From positions 1 through 64,000 of IMG/VR virus record IMGVR_UViG_3300027714_000011: DNA of 64,000 nt, one strand, 5' to 3'. This DNA comes from a virus. The position numbers and the translations under genes were made by a program. The notes beneath the pieces were generated by a model. The model was not told where the DNA came from, did no database searches, and saw only the letters and a program-made list of their open reading frames with translations. Positions 1 through 10,420 of this stretch are shown here, in pieces (the stretch's first letter is position 1; every line of letters begins with the position of its first letter).

Positions 1-2
1 AT

Positions 3-305
3 ATTGTTTTATTTGATCAATTAGAATCTAAAGATATTTTAAAAATAGTTCAAATTGAATTAAATAATTTCTCAGAAAGAATGCAGCTTGAAGGATATAC
101 ATTTAAATTCCTAAAACCAGCAAAAGATTTCTTAGTAATAGAAGGATATGATCAATCATATGGTGCGAGGCCAATTAAAAGAGCAATCCAAAAATATGTT
201 GAAGATATCGTTGCTGACGCAATCTTAGATCAAACTCTAGAAAAAGGAAAGGAATATTCTATTTCTAAAAACAAAAATGAAGATAAACTTTTTATTAAAT
301 TCTAG
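3..305 (+). CDS. Clp/Hsp100 AAA+ ATPase (ClpC/ClpB-like), C-terminal end; gene starts before the window
   Basis: Frame is open from position 3 (IVLFDQLESKDILKIVQIEL...) and contains GYDQSYGARPIKRAIQKYVED, the sensor-2 motif of the ClpA/B/C D2-small domain; clpP lies nearby. Confidence 0.85.
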   Translation: MVLFDQLESKDILKIVQIELNNFSERMQLEGYTFKFLKPAKDFLVIEGYDQSYGARPIKRAIQKYVEDIVADAILDQTLEKGKEYSISKNKNEDKLFIKF

Positions 306-310
306 TATAA
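285..310 (+). promoter_or_regulatory. AAAC-N17-TATAA promoter-like motif
   Basis: AAAC 285-288, TATAA 306-310; same spacing at five other gene starts. Confidence 0.6.
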
Positions 311-331
311 CTAGTATAAACAAAACAAAGC

Positions 332-1186
332 ATGTCAGATTTTTCAAAAGTATTTAAAGAATTATTAACAAAGATTGATACGCATGGAGATGTATCAAAA
401 CCAAGAGATCTTCAAGTTAAAGAACTTCTTTTAAATAGCATAGATATTGATCCAACAAAGCCAATTGCTAATTTTGAATCTAGATCTTTCAATTGGAAAT
501 ACTTCGCTGGTGAAATGGCATGGTATTTACACAGAGATACTGATGTAGATTATATAGGTCAATATTCAGGAATGTGGTCAACACTTACGAATCCTGGTAC
601 AAATGAAATTAATTCAAATTATGGTGCACTAGTTTTTAACTCAGAACAAATAGGCTGGGTAATAGATTCGCTATTAAAAGATGAGAATAGTAGACAAGCT
701 ATTATGTTCTTTAATCAACCTAAATTTCAATTTGAAGGCAATAAAGATTTTGTCTGCACAATGTATTCAAACTTCTTTATTAGAAACAATAAATTGAATA
801 TGAAAATTCAAATGAGATCTAATGATATATTTTATGGTCTAACATTTGATGCACCATTCTTTTCATTCTTGATGCAATCAGTATTCTTAATGCTAAAGAA
901 GCACGACAAATACAAAGATTTAGAATTAGGCACATATCATCATTTTGCAGATAATATTCATTTCTATGAGAGACACTTTGAATTAGCAAAGAAAATTAAA
1001 TCTGAAGATGATGCACTAGAATCTAATATCAATACGTTAATATTAAAAAAACCATTCATAGATTATGATGGTGAAGAAGTTTATATGACAGACGAAGGTA
1101 TTGAATTTGTAACTAGAATGGATCAAACACAAGGATCTAAAGAAGTCAATTATAAAAATATACTTAAAGATTATTTTACAATTTAA
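332..1186 (+). CDS. Thymidylate synthase-family enzyme, most like T4 gp42 dCMP hydroxymethylase
   Basis: EINSNYG, KDFVCT (catalytic Cys), MRSNDIFYGLTFD with Asp at the base-specificity position, HFYERHF. Confidence 0.85.
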   Translation: MSDFSKVFKELLTKIDTHGDVSKPRDLQVKELLLNSIDIDPTKPIANFESRSFNWKYFAGEMAWYLHRDTDVDYIGQYSGMWSTLTNPGTNEINSNYGALVFNSEQIGWVIDSLLKDENSRQAIMFFNQPKFQFEGNKDFVCTMYSNFFIRNNKLNMKIQMRSNDIFYGLTFDAPFFSFLMQSVFLMLKKHDKYKDLELGTYHHFADNIHFYERHFELAKKIKSEDDALESNINTLILKKPFIDYDGEEVYMTDEGIEFVTRMDQTQGSKEVNYKNILKDYFTI

Positions 1187-1187
1187 A

Positions 1188-1496
1188 ATGGAAAAACCAC
1201 CGAAAATACATATTGATCCAACAATTATTTTAGTAGAAGACTTTGAAAAATTATTAATATCAAAATACGATATATTTTATAGACGAATTGTCGAGTACAT
1301 ACTTAACATAGTCGAGAAAAAGGAAGAGCATAAATTATTAGCTATTTTAGTTGATGATGAAGGAAGAGAATACGAAATGGAATTACCAAAAACAGGTTTC
1401 AACAAATCTTTAAAAAAAGCAATGGAATATTTTACGCTTATTGAAGAATACGAAACATGTGACTTAATTAAACAAATACAAAAACAAATAGCATAA
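1188..1496 (+). CDS. Hypothetical protein with C-terminal UVR-like EEYExC motif
   Basis: AMEYFTLIEEYETCDLIKQI; similar motif in three other ORFs; abuts clpP. Confidence 0.6.
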   Translation: MEKPPKIHIDPTIILVEDFEKLLISKYDIFYRRIVEYILNIVEKKEEHKLLAILVDDEGREYEMELPKTGFNKSLKKAMEYFTLIEEYETCDLIKQIQKQIA

Positions 1497-2183
1497 ATGA
1501 ATTACTACCCAAAAGATAAAGAATTTCAAAGATACGCTCAATCAGAGTTTAATGTTAATGGAAGCAACATAGATGCATACGCTAAAATAGCTGATAAGCA
1601 AATGTCAATGACACCTTATATTCTAGAAGAGCGTGAGATGAGAGTAACTCAAATGGATATATTTTCAAGATTAATGGCCGATAGATTATTATGGGTAGCA
1701 GGTCCAGTAAATGATGCAATGAGTACTGTTGTACAAGCACAATTAATGTTCTTATCTAGTAATAGCCCTGACGATATCACAATGCACATTGATTCTCCAG
1801 GTGGTTCAGTTAAATCTGGATTATCTATGGTTGATGTGATGGAATATATACCATGTGATATACGCACAGTAAACACAGGTATGGCCGCTTCAATGGGTTC
1901 AGTATTATTAGGAGCAGGAACTAAAGGTAAGAGGGCGTCACTGAGACATTCTACTACTATGTTGCACCAATCTTCTGGTGGTTTTAGTGGAAATATCCAA
2001 GATGCTGAAGTAGATTGGGCAGAATGGCAAAAAGTAAATTCAGAACTTTTTAATTTACTAGGTTCATATTGTGGAAAGAAACCTGAGCAAGTAATGAAAG
2101 ATGCTACTAGAGATTTTTGGCTTAATGCAGAAGAAGCTAAAAACTACGGCATCATAGATGAAATTATAAAAGCAAAAAAATAA
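1497..2183 (+). CDS. clpP: ATP-dependent Clp protease proteolytic subunit
   Basis: MDIFSRLMADR, IDSPGGSV, GMAASMGS (catalytic Ser), MLHQ, RDFWLNAEEAKNYGIID. Confidence 0.97.
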   Translation: MNYYPKDKEFQRYAQSEFNVNGSNIDAYAKIADKQMSMTPYILEEREMRVTQMDIFSRLMADRLLWVAGPVNDAMSTVVQAQLMFLSSNSPDDITMHIDSPGGSVKSGLSMVDVMEYIPCDIRTVNTGMAASMGSVLLGAGTKGKRASLRHSTTMLHQSSGGFSGNIQDAEVDWAEWQKVNSELFNLLGSYCGKKPEQVMKDATRDFWLNAEEAKNYGIIDEIIKAKK

Positions 2184-2197
2184 AGAATATATAAGTC

Positions 2198-2524
2198 ATG
2201 GCAAGTAGACAAAAAACAAGAGACATATTTATTCAGTTGATTAATTTACAACTAGAACCACACGGTAAAACGTATAACGATGTTGTTAATGAATCTGACT
2301 GGTACATGAAATATAGTACTACTAGAGAAAAAGAAGAGGCTTTTATACAAACTGCAATTGGAATTTTAAGAACTAAATTGAGAATGACTAAATCTGTTGC
2401 TGAAAAAGAAATCAATTGGTTTATTTTACAATGGGGATTAACCACTGTCAACGCTACAGATACAATTGATTCAAAAACTCTAGTAAAAAGTAAACCAAAT
2501 AATAATGTAACTGCTAGCAAGTAA
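2198..2524 (+). CDS. Hypothetical protein
   Basis: 108-aa ORF starting 12 nt after an AATATATAA motif. Confidence 0.7.
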   Translation: MASRQKTRDIFIQLINLQLEPHGKTYNDVVNESDWYMKYSTTREKEEAFIQTAIGILRTKLRMTKSVAEKEINWFILQWGLTTVNATDTIDSKTLVKSKPNNNVTASK

Positions 2525-2543
2525 TATTAAAATATTATAATAT

Positions 2544-2582
2544 AAAAAAAGGGGTATTATCTTTAAGATAGTACCCTTTTTT
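2544..2582 (+). terminator. Intrinsic terminator
   Basis: AAAAAAAGGGGTATTATCT-TTA-AGATAGTACCCTTTTTT hairpin with T tract. Confidence 0.75.
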
Positions 2583-2616
2583 AGTTTATGTTAATTAGTA
2601 CACTGATAAATAGAAT

Positions 2617-3327
2617 ATGAATAACAATACTAACATACCAACATGGATTTCCGACGGTCCACCAGATATTGAATATTGTACATATAAATTAAAGGGCACT
2701 ATTTTAGATATAAAAAAGAAGCTAGCCTCAGGTAATTTATTAGGAGCGTTGCTTGATGTAGATAATAATTTAGATTATTTGTACATGTACGATGCTATTA
2801 AGGTTACTCATAATCCAAATCCAATAAACAATACAATGACAGGTTTTGATTTACCAGGATTAGAGTTATTCTTTACTGAAGACGAAATAATAGAGACTGA
2901 TCCTGTATTAGATTTTATTTTAGATGATGCATTAGATGGTTTCGAAGAATTGCATTCAATATGTAGAGAACGATGGAGATTGATTGAAGATGGAATTAAA
3001 TGTAATTATGTACCGACGAAGCCTTATTTTTTAAATGATGGATTTGTGTTTATTAAAACACCAGACAATAAGATGCATGTTTATCATTTTGTTAAACCTA
3101 ATAAATATTTTACAAGTGATTGGAGAAAGTTTAGTATGACTCATATGTATGACGAACAATGGACAAGCGAAGCTTATTTTTCTAGAATAGAAGAGATTAT
3201 GTCTAAAAAAGATGATAAGATTATAATTAGAATAGATTGTAAAACCGAAACTATTTTAAAAGATAACGCAATTGGAGTAATTAATCAAATGATTTTTTCT
3301 ATGTTAAATAGAGACTACTCCTTTTAA
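2617..3327 (+). CDS. Hypothetical protein
   Basis: 236-aa ORF starting 12 nt after GATAAATA. Confidence 0.75.
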   Translation: MNNNTNIPTWISDGPPDIEYCTYKLKGTILDIKKKLASGNLLGALLDVDNNLDYLYMYDAIKVTHNPNPINNTMTGFDLPGLELFFTEDEIIETDPVLDFILDDALDGFEELHSICRERWRLIEDGIKCNYVPTKPYFLNDGFVFIKTPDNKMHVYHFVKPNKYFTSDWRKFSMTHMYDEQWTSEAYFSRIEEIMSKKDDKIIIRIDCKTETILKDNAIGVINQMIFSMLNRDYSF

Positions 3328-3365
3328 CACAGATATATAAACAAAGAAAAAAACAATTTATCAAC

Positions 3366-6300
3366 ATGCCAACTGTTTCAAATCAAAACATAATCATAGT
3401 ATTGCCAGAATTGGCACGTATTATTAGAGGACAAGCAAACAGTATAGATTTGGTGTTACACCAAGACTATATTGGAAACCAATTAAATATTGGTCTTGCA
3501 ACTGAAGTAAAAATAGAACTATATGACGTTAATAACTCTTTAGTCCAAACTGTTTCAAAATCAGGAGCCAATCTTACATATGGATCTCCTAACTCAGAAT
3601 CACAGGGTAAGATTTCTCTAGCATTAACCGCAGATCAAACAGCTGCATTACCGTTTGGAGCTACTGAAGTATCAGGAGCTTTAAAAGCAAAGGTATATGT
3701 AACTCTAGGAATTAATTTAGTTCAATTACCTACACTTAAATTAGCAAACATATATGACGCTGGAGATATTATTGGTGATATAGTTGCTAGTAGATTTACT
3801 TTACCGGGTTCGGTTTATAAAGTAAAATCATTTACTATTGCAGATAAACCAAGTGGAGGTGAAATAATACTGAATGATACCAATCCTTCAGGCGTAACTA
3901 AAATTAGAATATCGGTTACAGATGATAAGGGATATAGAAATGCTTATCTTGAATCTATATTAGAAAATAGAATTGATGTTGATGGAGTATTAGTATCATT
4001 ATTCTTAACTAACGTACATAATAATAGTGAGTATTCTACTTTTGAAATTAAAAGCTGGAGCAGAGTTGATGTATTAAACTCAAATCCTGCATCTCCTTTA
4101 TTAGATGACGATAGTGATGCAATAGAATTAATAGTTGCAGCAGAAGGTAATTCAACTATTGGAACCGAGGTATATGACATATCTACAGGTGATCAGTTAG
4201 GTATCTTTACAGAATCTTACTCTTCACCGCATGGTATATCAATTACACCAAGCGGATTAGCTACAATAACAGACGTTAATAATCTTACATTTTCAGGTGG
4301 AGCAATAGTCAATCAATTAGGAAACGGCAACGTTGATGTTGTATTTCCTTCAGTTGTAGTAACTACTTCTGGAACTAGTGGATCTTCAGGAATTGATGGT
4401 CTTAACGGTGAAGCTGGAACATCTGGAATTGACGGTCTTAATGGAACATCTGGAATTGACGGAACATCTGGAATTGACGGTCTTAATGGAACATCTGGAA
4501 TTGACGGAACATCAGGAATTGATGGTCTTAATGGAACATCTGGAATTGATGGAACATCTGGAACCGATGGTGTAACTGGAGCTAAAGGTGATCAAGGTGA
4601 TGCTGGAGCTAAAGGTGACGTTGGAGCTACTGGAGTACAAGGTATTCAAGGCGTTAAAGGTGATGTTGGAAACGACGGAGCTAATGGAATTGATGGAGTA
4701 GCTGGAACTAATGGAACATCTGGAATTGACGGCATAAACGGAGTTAAAGGTGATCAAGGTGATACTGGAGCTAAAGGCGATACTGGAGTACAAGGTATTC
4801 AAGGTGATCAAGGTATTCAAGGATTATTCGGACATGATGGTATTGATGGAGTAGCTGGAGATCCTGGAAGTGATGGATTAGATGGTGTTGATGGTGCTAG
4901 CGGAACTTCTGGTACTAATGGAGAGAATGGTGCAGCTGGAGCTGACGGTGCTAACGGTGCCGATGGAACTTCTGGTATTAATGGAGTAGATGGAGCTAAA
5001 GGTGATCAAGGCGATACTGGAATACAAGGTGAAGTTGGAGCTAAAGGCGATCAAGGTGAAGTTGGAGCTAAAGGTGATGTTGGAAACGATGGAGCTAATG
5101 GAACATCTGGGATTGATGGTATACGCGGAGCTAAAGGCGATCAAGGTGATCAAGGTGATGCTGGAATACAAGGTATTCAAGGTGAAGTTGGAGCTAAAGG
5201 CGATCAAGGTGATAATGGAACATCAGGTATTAATGGAACATCAGGTATTAATGGAACATCAGGTATTAATGGTATTCAAGGTGATACTGGTCTTAAAGGT
5301 GATCAAGGCGATACTGGAATACAAGGTGTTCAAGGTGTCAAAGGTGATGCTGGAAACAATGGAACATCTGGTATCGATGGTATTCAAGGTATTCAAGGTG
5401 AAGTTGGAGCTAATGGAACATCAGGAATTGATGGTATAAACGGAGCTAAAGGTGATCAAGGCGATACTGGAATACAAGGTGTTCAAGGTGTTCAAGGTGT
5501 TCAAGGTGAAGTTGGAGCTAAAGGTGATCAAGGTGATCAAGGTGTTAAAGGTGATGCTGGAAACGATGGAGCTGATGGATCACAAGGTGTTAAAGGTGAT
5601 GCTGGAAACGATGGAGCTGATGGTAATAATGGAACATCAGGAATTGATGGAGCTAAGGGTGATCAAGGTGATGCTGGTCTTAAAGGAGATCAAGGTGATC
5701 AAGGAGCACAAGGTACTATTGGAATACAAGGCGTTCAAGGTGAAGTTGGAGCTAAGGGTGATCAAGGTGATCAAGGCGTTAAAGGTGATGCTGGTAATAA
5801 CGGAGCACAAGGTAACGATGGAACTAACGGTTCTTCAGGAATTAATGGAGCTGCTGGTAATAACGGAGCACAAGGTAACGATGGAACTAGTGGTTCTTCA
5901 GGAATTAATGGAGCTGCTGGTAATAACGGAGCACAAGGTAACGATGGAACTAGTGGTTCTTCAGGAATTAAAGGTGATCAAGGTAATACAGGTGATGCTG
6001 GAGCCGCAGCGACAGGATCATTAGTTTCTTATAGAATTAAAGTCAATATGTTATCTAACAGTGTTAATTCAACCACACCTATCGCAAACGTATGGTCACC
6101 AGGCGGAGTAGAAATATATAATTCAACCGATGGTTGGTCTGTATCTGGATGGAATATTGCTAGATCAAATAACAATTTAACACTTACTCACACGTTGGCT
6201 AAACCGATATTAATGGGAACAGCACAAGGTAGAAACGGTTCTAACTTATTTGTCTCACAGTTTATTGGTAAAAATGCATCTACTTTATCTATACAAAATG

Positions 6301-6407
6301 TCGATGGAAATGCATATGTAAAATTCAACGGTATAACAAGTATCAATACAGGTGCTGCAACAGGTGGAGCCACAGATGTGATCATAACATTTGTAGTAGA
6401 ATCATAA
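3366..6407 (+). CDS. Collagen-like fibre protein (N-terminal beta-rich domain, about 550-aa Gly-X-Y stalk, C-terminal globular domain)
   Basis: Continuous G-X-Y triplets (GAKGDQGD, GIQGVQ, GTSGIDG) from about 4370 to 6010. Confidence 0.9.
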   Translation: MPTVSNQNIIIVLPELARIIRGQANSIDLVLHQDYIGNQLNIGLATEVKIELYDVNNSLVQTVSKSGANLTYGSPNSESQGKISLALTADQTAALPFGATEVSGALKAKVYVTLGINLVQLPTLKLANIYDAGDIIGDIVASRFTLPGSVYKVKSFTIADKPSGGEIILNDTNPSGVTKIRISVTDDKGYRNAYLESILENRIDVDGVLVSLFLTNVHNNSEYSTFEIKSWSRVDVLNSNPASPLLDDDSDAIELIVAAEGNSTIGTEVYDISTGDQLGIFTESYSSPHGISITPSGLATITDVNNLTFSGGAIVNQLGNGNVDVVFPSVVVTTSGTSGSSGIDGLNGEAGTSGIDGLNGTSGIDGTSGIDGLNGTSGIDGTSGIDGLNGTSGIDGTSGTDGVTGAKGDQGDAGAKGDVGATGVQGIQGVKGDVGNDGANGIDGVAGTNGTSGIDGINGVKGDQGDTGAKGDTGVQGIQGDQGIQGLFGHDGIDGVAGDPGSDGLDGVDGASGTSGTNGENGAAGADGANGADGTSGINGVDGAKGDQGDTGIQGEVGAKGDQGEVGAKGDVGNDGANGTSGIDGIRGAKGDQGDQGDAGIQGIQGEVGAKGDQGDNGTSGINGTSGINGTSGINGIQGDTGLKGDQGDTGIQGVQGVKGDAGNNGTSGIDGIQGIQGEVGANGTSGIDGINGAKGDQGDTGIQGVQGVQGVQGEVGAKGDQGDQGVKGDAGNDGADGSQGVKGDAGNDGADGNNGTSGIDGAKGDQGDAGLKGDQGDQGAQGTIGIQGVQGEVGAKGDQGDQGVKGDAGNNGAQGNDGTNGSSGINGAAGNNGAQGNDGTSGSSGINGAAGNNGAQGNDGTSGSSGIKGDQGNTGDAGAAATGSLVSYRIKVNMLSNSVNSTTPIANVWSPGGVEIYNSTDGWSVSGWNIARSNNNLTLTHTLAKPILMGTAQGRNGSNLFVSQFIGKNASTLSIQNVDGNAYVKFNGITSINTGAATGGATDVIITFVVES

Positions 6408-6432
6408 AAATCATAAAAAATAAATATACATA

Positions 6433-7269
6433 ATGGCTACTAATCAAACGGGCAACCCAACACAATTATTAATAACTAGAGTGATATCAGGTACCACTAT
6501 GGCGGTTGATACAATACAAGACGAAACAAGTCCATGGTACTTTTATCCACTTACGTTTCAAGTTGATTTAGGTGTACAAATTCAAACATTCTCTGACACT
6601 TCAGTTAATGGTGGATTTTATGATGCAAGTGCAGTTGAAGTAAATGACTGGCTAATCCAACCTTCAGGTAAAGCTTATAGAATATCTTCTGTTATGGAGA
6701 TATTAGATGGTGGAGCTACAGCAAGAGTTATTTTAGAAGATGTAGAAAGTTATATTCTATTAAATGATTCCACTATGTCAGGTGCAAATTATCCAGACGA
6801 AGAACAGGCTGGTCTATGTATTGAACTAGATAATGAAGGAATTCCTATTATTGCTGGAGTTTCTCAAGTTTCTGCTTCGCTCCCAGAATTAGGATATTGG
6901 ATTGATGACGCTGTTAGTAGATTTGAAGCTAATTCTATTTCAGGTTCTAGTGAAAGTGGAATTTTAACAGGACTAGATAAAAATAAAACATCATTAGTAA
7001 CTGTAAACGACGGTGACTCTACTGGAATTACAATCACATATACTCCATTTTCAGATGGAGATGTAACTGTTAAAATAAATGGTATGGAAGTTAATCTAGG
7101 AGATAAAACATTTGATTGCTACTTCTCAAATGACGGCGGTACAACCGCAAGACTAGTTACTGATATCGAAGCCGGAGATATTCTTTATTGGAATGGTTCA
7201 ATAGCAGGTTATCAATTAGACGCAACAGATGATATTGATATTTCTTACCAAAAAGGTAGTTTAGACTAA
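6433..7269 (+). CDS. Probable virion fibre-associated structural protein
   Basis: Acidic, beta-rich 278-aa ORF in fibre locus; C-terminal VKING...YQLDATDDIDISY resembles the C-terminus of the next gene. Confidence 0.55.
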   Translation: MATNQTGNPTQLLITRVISGTTMAVDTIQDETSPWYFYPLTFQVDLGVQIQTFSDTSVNGGFYDASAVEVNDWLIQPSGKAYRISSVMEILDGGATARVILEDVESYILLNDSTMSGANYPDEEQAGLCIELDNEGIPIIAGVSQVSASLPELGYWIDDAVSRFEANSISGSSESGILTGLDKNKTSLVTVNDGDSTGITITYTPFSDGDVTVKINGMEVNLGDKTFDCYFSNDGGTTARLVTDIEAGDILYWNGSIAGYQLDATDDIDISYQKGSLD

Positions 7270-7323
7270 CTTAAAATACACCATAATATTATATTATAAA
7301 GTAATCACAAATTAACTAATAAT

Positions 7324-7358
7324 AAAACGCCATCTAGTCTTAACTAGCTGGCGTTTTT
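7324..7358 (+). terminator. Intrinsic terminator
   Basis: AAAACGCCA-TCTAGT...ACTAG-CTGGCGTTTTT hairpin. Confidence 0.7.
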
Positions 7359-7415
7359 AATATATAATACTGTAGGACAATCATGTCCTAGGCCTAAAAA
7401 TAACACATATAAAAC

Positions 7416-8444
7416 ATGGCACAATTAAAAGTAAAACAAATTTCTGATTTCGTAACTGCAGTAGCATCTGTACATAACGGAGCAATCGGAACTGATACCG
7501 TAACGGGTATCGCAAACGCAAAGTCTGAAGCAATTTCAACTGCAGTTTCTGCTGACGTTGTAGGTCTTAGCTCTGCTAAGTCATACGCTGATCAAGCTGA
7601 AGTTGATGCAATCAACTCTTCTGTTTCTCAAGCTGAAGCTAAAGACGCTTCAAGAGCATTAACAGCTGGATTGAACATTTCTACTGCAAAGTCTGAAGCT
7701 ATCGCTTCTGCTGAATCTAAAGATGAGGTAAGAGCAACAGCTGCTAACCTTTATGCTGATCAAGCTGAAGCTGATGCTAAAACTGAAGCTGGAAGATTAG
7801 ATGGAATCGTTCTTTCTTCTGCTAAGTCTCACTCTAACTTACAAAAAGATAGAATTGATGCATTATTATTGGATTCTGACGCTACGTTAGATACATTTGC
7901 TGAGATCAAGTCTTTCGTAGATGGATTAGATACTGGTGATGTAGCTGGATTATCTGCTGCAATTTCAACAGGTGATTCTACGGCAATTTCAACTGCATTT
8001 TCTGCTGACGTTGTAGTTCTTTCTTCTGCTAAGTCTTATGCTGACGTTGCTGAAGCTGATGCTAAAGCTGAAGCTGGAAGATTAGATGGAATCGTTCTTT
8101 CTTCTGCTAAGTCTTATGCTGACGTTGCTGAAGCTGATGCTAACGGTTATACTGACGATAGAGAAACAAGTATTTTATCTGTATTAAGAGGTGAATTAGA
8201 AGCTGTTGCTGGAACTGATAAGTTAGAGCAAATAGCTACTATTGCTGGTGAAGGTTTCACTACAGCTTTACAACTTAGTCAAGCTAACAACGATATCTTA
8301 GTATTCGTTAACGGTTTACAGATTCATGCTTCTATTGAAGGTAGAGAAGGTTTCGTATATGACGGAGCTAGATTTGACGTTATCAACTTAGGATATGCAT
8401 TAGAAGCTAATGATCACATCGTGGTTATTGGTATAAAAGCATAA
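7416..8444 (+). CDS. Ala-rich coiled-coil fibre/decoration protein
   Basis: Repeats of VLSSAKSYADxAEADA, LDTFAEI motif typical of phage fibre coiled coils, C-terminal VFVNGLQ domain; strong GCT/TCT codon bias and own promoter and terminator suggest high expression. Confidence 0.7.
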   Translation: MAQLKVKQISDFVTAVASVHNGAIGTDTVTGIANAKSEAISTAVSADVVGLSSAKSYADQAEVDAINSSVSQAEAKDASRALTAGLNISTAKSEAIASAESKDEVRATAANLYADQAEADAKTEAGRLDGIVLSSAKSHSNLQKDRIDALLLDSDATLDTFAEIKSFVDGLDTGDVAGLSAAISTGDSTAISTAFSADVVVLSSAKSYADVAEADAKAEAGRLDGIVLSSAKSYADVAEADANGYTDDRETSILSVLRGELEAVAGTDKLEQIATIAGEGFTTALQLSQANNDILVFVNGLQIHASIEGREGFVYDGARFDVINLGYALEANDHIVVIGIKA

Positions 8445-8464
8445 TCTTTTTGATTAATTTTATT

Positions 8465-8494
8465 AAAGGCTCGCCACATTGGCGAGCCTTTTTT
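8465..8494 (+). terminator. Intrinsic terminator
   Basis: Perfect AAAGGCTCGCCA-CAT-TGGCGAGCCTTT stem plus T tract. Confidence 0.9.
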
Positions 8495-8530
8495 ATTTAG
8501 GATATATAAAAAAACAAACTATTTTTAGAC

Positions 8531-9730
8531 ATGAACATAGGTATCACAGTACACATAGACAATGAAAATGAAAGCATATGGACTAATGGTATTAAATTAA
8601 ATGCACTGTATTTACTAAAGGCTTTAAAGACTATTGGTTATAACGCATATTTAATAAACGCAGGTAAACTGCAAGGATCATATGAGAATAAAGTTCCTTG
8701 GAATATAGAAGAGTTTCCAATCTATAATTATTCAGGAAAAGCAAAAGACACTGATCTTATGATTTGGTTAGGATCAACATATTCAGACGAAAACATTCTA
8801 GATTTTAAGAAAACTGGCCCTAATAAAAAAGTTGTCAAATATACATGTGGTAATAACTACATGAATGACACTGAAGCGGTTGTCTTTGGAAGTGAAATTA
8901 CAGCAGGTTACAATCAAGAGCTAGATGAAGTGTGGTATGTACCTCAACAAGAAGAACTAAACAGAGAATATTATAGAGTACTTCATAATTTACCAGCAAA
9001 CAAAGTGAAACCAGTACCGTTTATATGGGATCCTGTTTTTATAGATGCTACATGTGAATCTTATTATTCTAATGGCACAATAGAAAACAATATACCTATT
9101 CCAATCTATAGACCTGGAAAACCTAATGAAGAAAAGCAGCTAGCATGTTTTGAACCAAATATTGGCGTTATGAAATATCATATAAATAATCTTTTAATAG
9201 CAGAAGATTATCTAAATAAAGGCGGAGATTTTAAAAAATTAAATGTAGTATGTGGCGACAAATTATTGGGAAGCAAATACTATGCGTCTGTGATTAAACA
9301 CACTAAAATATTTAATGTAGATCCTATTAAATTATCATATTTACCTAGATTAAGAGCAGTTGATGCATTGGCTCAATTGGCAGATGTGGTTATTGCACAC
9401 CAACTCACAAACCCTCTTAATTATTCATATTTGGATGCATTGTATCTTCAGTTTCCATTAGTACATAATGCACCAATGATCAAAGATGCAGGCTATTATT
9501 ATCATGGCAATAATATAGGTTCAGGAGCTAGACAACTAAAACTAGCAATTGAAGAGCATGACAATAACATAGAAGAATATATCGAGCGTAGCGAAAATGT
9601 TTTAACTAGATATACTATATTCAATGAAGGTTTATTAGAAACATATAAACAACTAATAGAAACTACTATGGGAATTAAGGATCATAAATTAAGTGGAAAT
9701 TATGATTGGCAAACAAATCTTTATAAATAA
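8531..9730 (+). CDS. DUF2827-like protein, putative glycosyltransferase
   Basis: SIWTNGIKLN, VPFIWDP, FEPNIGVMK, HQLTNPLNYSYLDALYLQFPLVHN motifs as recalled for DUF2827. Confidence 0.65.
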   Translation: MNIGITVHIDNENESIWTNGIKLNALYLLKALKTIGYNAYLINAGKLQGSYENKVPWNIEEFPIYNYSGKAKDTDLMIWLGSTYSDENILDFKKTGPNKKVVKYTCGNNYMNDTEAVVFGSEITAGYNQELDEVWYVPQQEELNREYYRVLHNLPANKVKPVPFIWDPVFIDATCESYYSNGTIENNIPIPIYRPGKPNEEKQLACFEPNIGVMKYHINNLLIAEDYLNKGGDFKKLNVVCGDKLLGSKYYASVIKHTKIFNVDPIKLSYLPRLRAVDALAQLADVVIAHQLTNPLNYSYLDALYLQFPLVHNAPMIKDAGYYYHGNNIGSGARQLKLAIEEHDNNIEEYIERSENVLTRYTIFNEGLLETYKQLIETTMGIKDHKLSGNYDWQTNLYK

Positions 9731-10332
9731 TGAAGATTAACACTAATCGATTAATCTTTAAAAGACTTATCAGAGAGTATGAATTTTTAATAGAAGATTT
9801 AGCAGACATAGAGGTAGCTAATTTAGATATAAAAAATGAGTTTATGCAATCGTTAAATGAGATCGATGATGATGGTGTTTTAGAGAGCGATAACATGGAC
9901 ACTATGGCAGACGATTGGGCTAAAAATATAAAGGAAGTTGAAGAGTCAGAAAAGGAAACTAATAAACATCCAGATTTTAAAAAGTTATTTAGAAAAACAG
10001 TTGTTAAATGTCATCCTGATAAATTAGGTACTGATCTATTACAAGAAGAATTTGAAAAGCTTAAGACGATATATGAAGATATAGTTGAAGCTAATGAAAC
10101 TGAAGATTGGGCTAAATTAATTAGGTGCGCTATTAAGTTAGATATAGAATTACCTGAATCTGCATATGATCAAATCAAGTCTATAGAAGAAAGTATAAAT
10201 AAACTAAAAGAAAAACAAACTACTATTTTAAATTCTACGCCATGGATGTGGTATAAAACGGACGATGGAGATTCTAGGGCAGATATTCTAAAAAAACATT
10301 TAGAATTTATGTCATTATTGACACAAAAATAA
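9730..10332 (+). CDS. J-domain-like (HPD) protein
   Basis: FKKLFRKTVVKCHPDK followed by helical segment. Confidence 0.6.
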   Translation: MKINTNRLIFKRLIREYEFLIEDLADIEVANLDIKNEFMQSLNEIDDDGVLESDNMDTMADDWAKNIKEVEESEKETNKHPDFKKLFRKTVVKCHPDKLGTDLLQEEFEKLKTIYEDIVEANETEDWAKLIRCAIKLDIELPESAYDQIKSIEESINKLKEKQTTILNSTPWMWYKTDDGDSRADILKKHLEFMSLLTQK

Positions 10333-10344
10333 TAATTATTTTTG

Positions 10345-10380
10345 AAAAAAGCCCAGGGAGAAACATCTCACTGGGTTTTT
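10345..10380 (+). terminator. Intrinsic terminator
   Basis: AAAAAGCCCAG-GGAGA...TCTCA-CTGGGTTTTT hairpin. Confidence 0.7.
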
Positions 10381-10420
10381 CAGATATATAATAGTATAAA
10401 CTAAAAAGATTTTTAAATTC

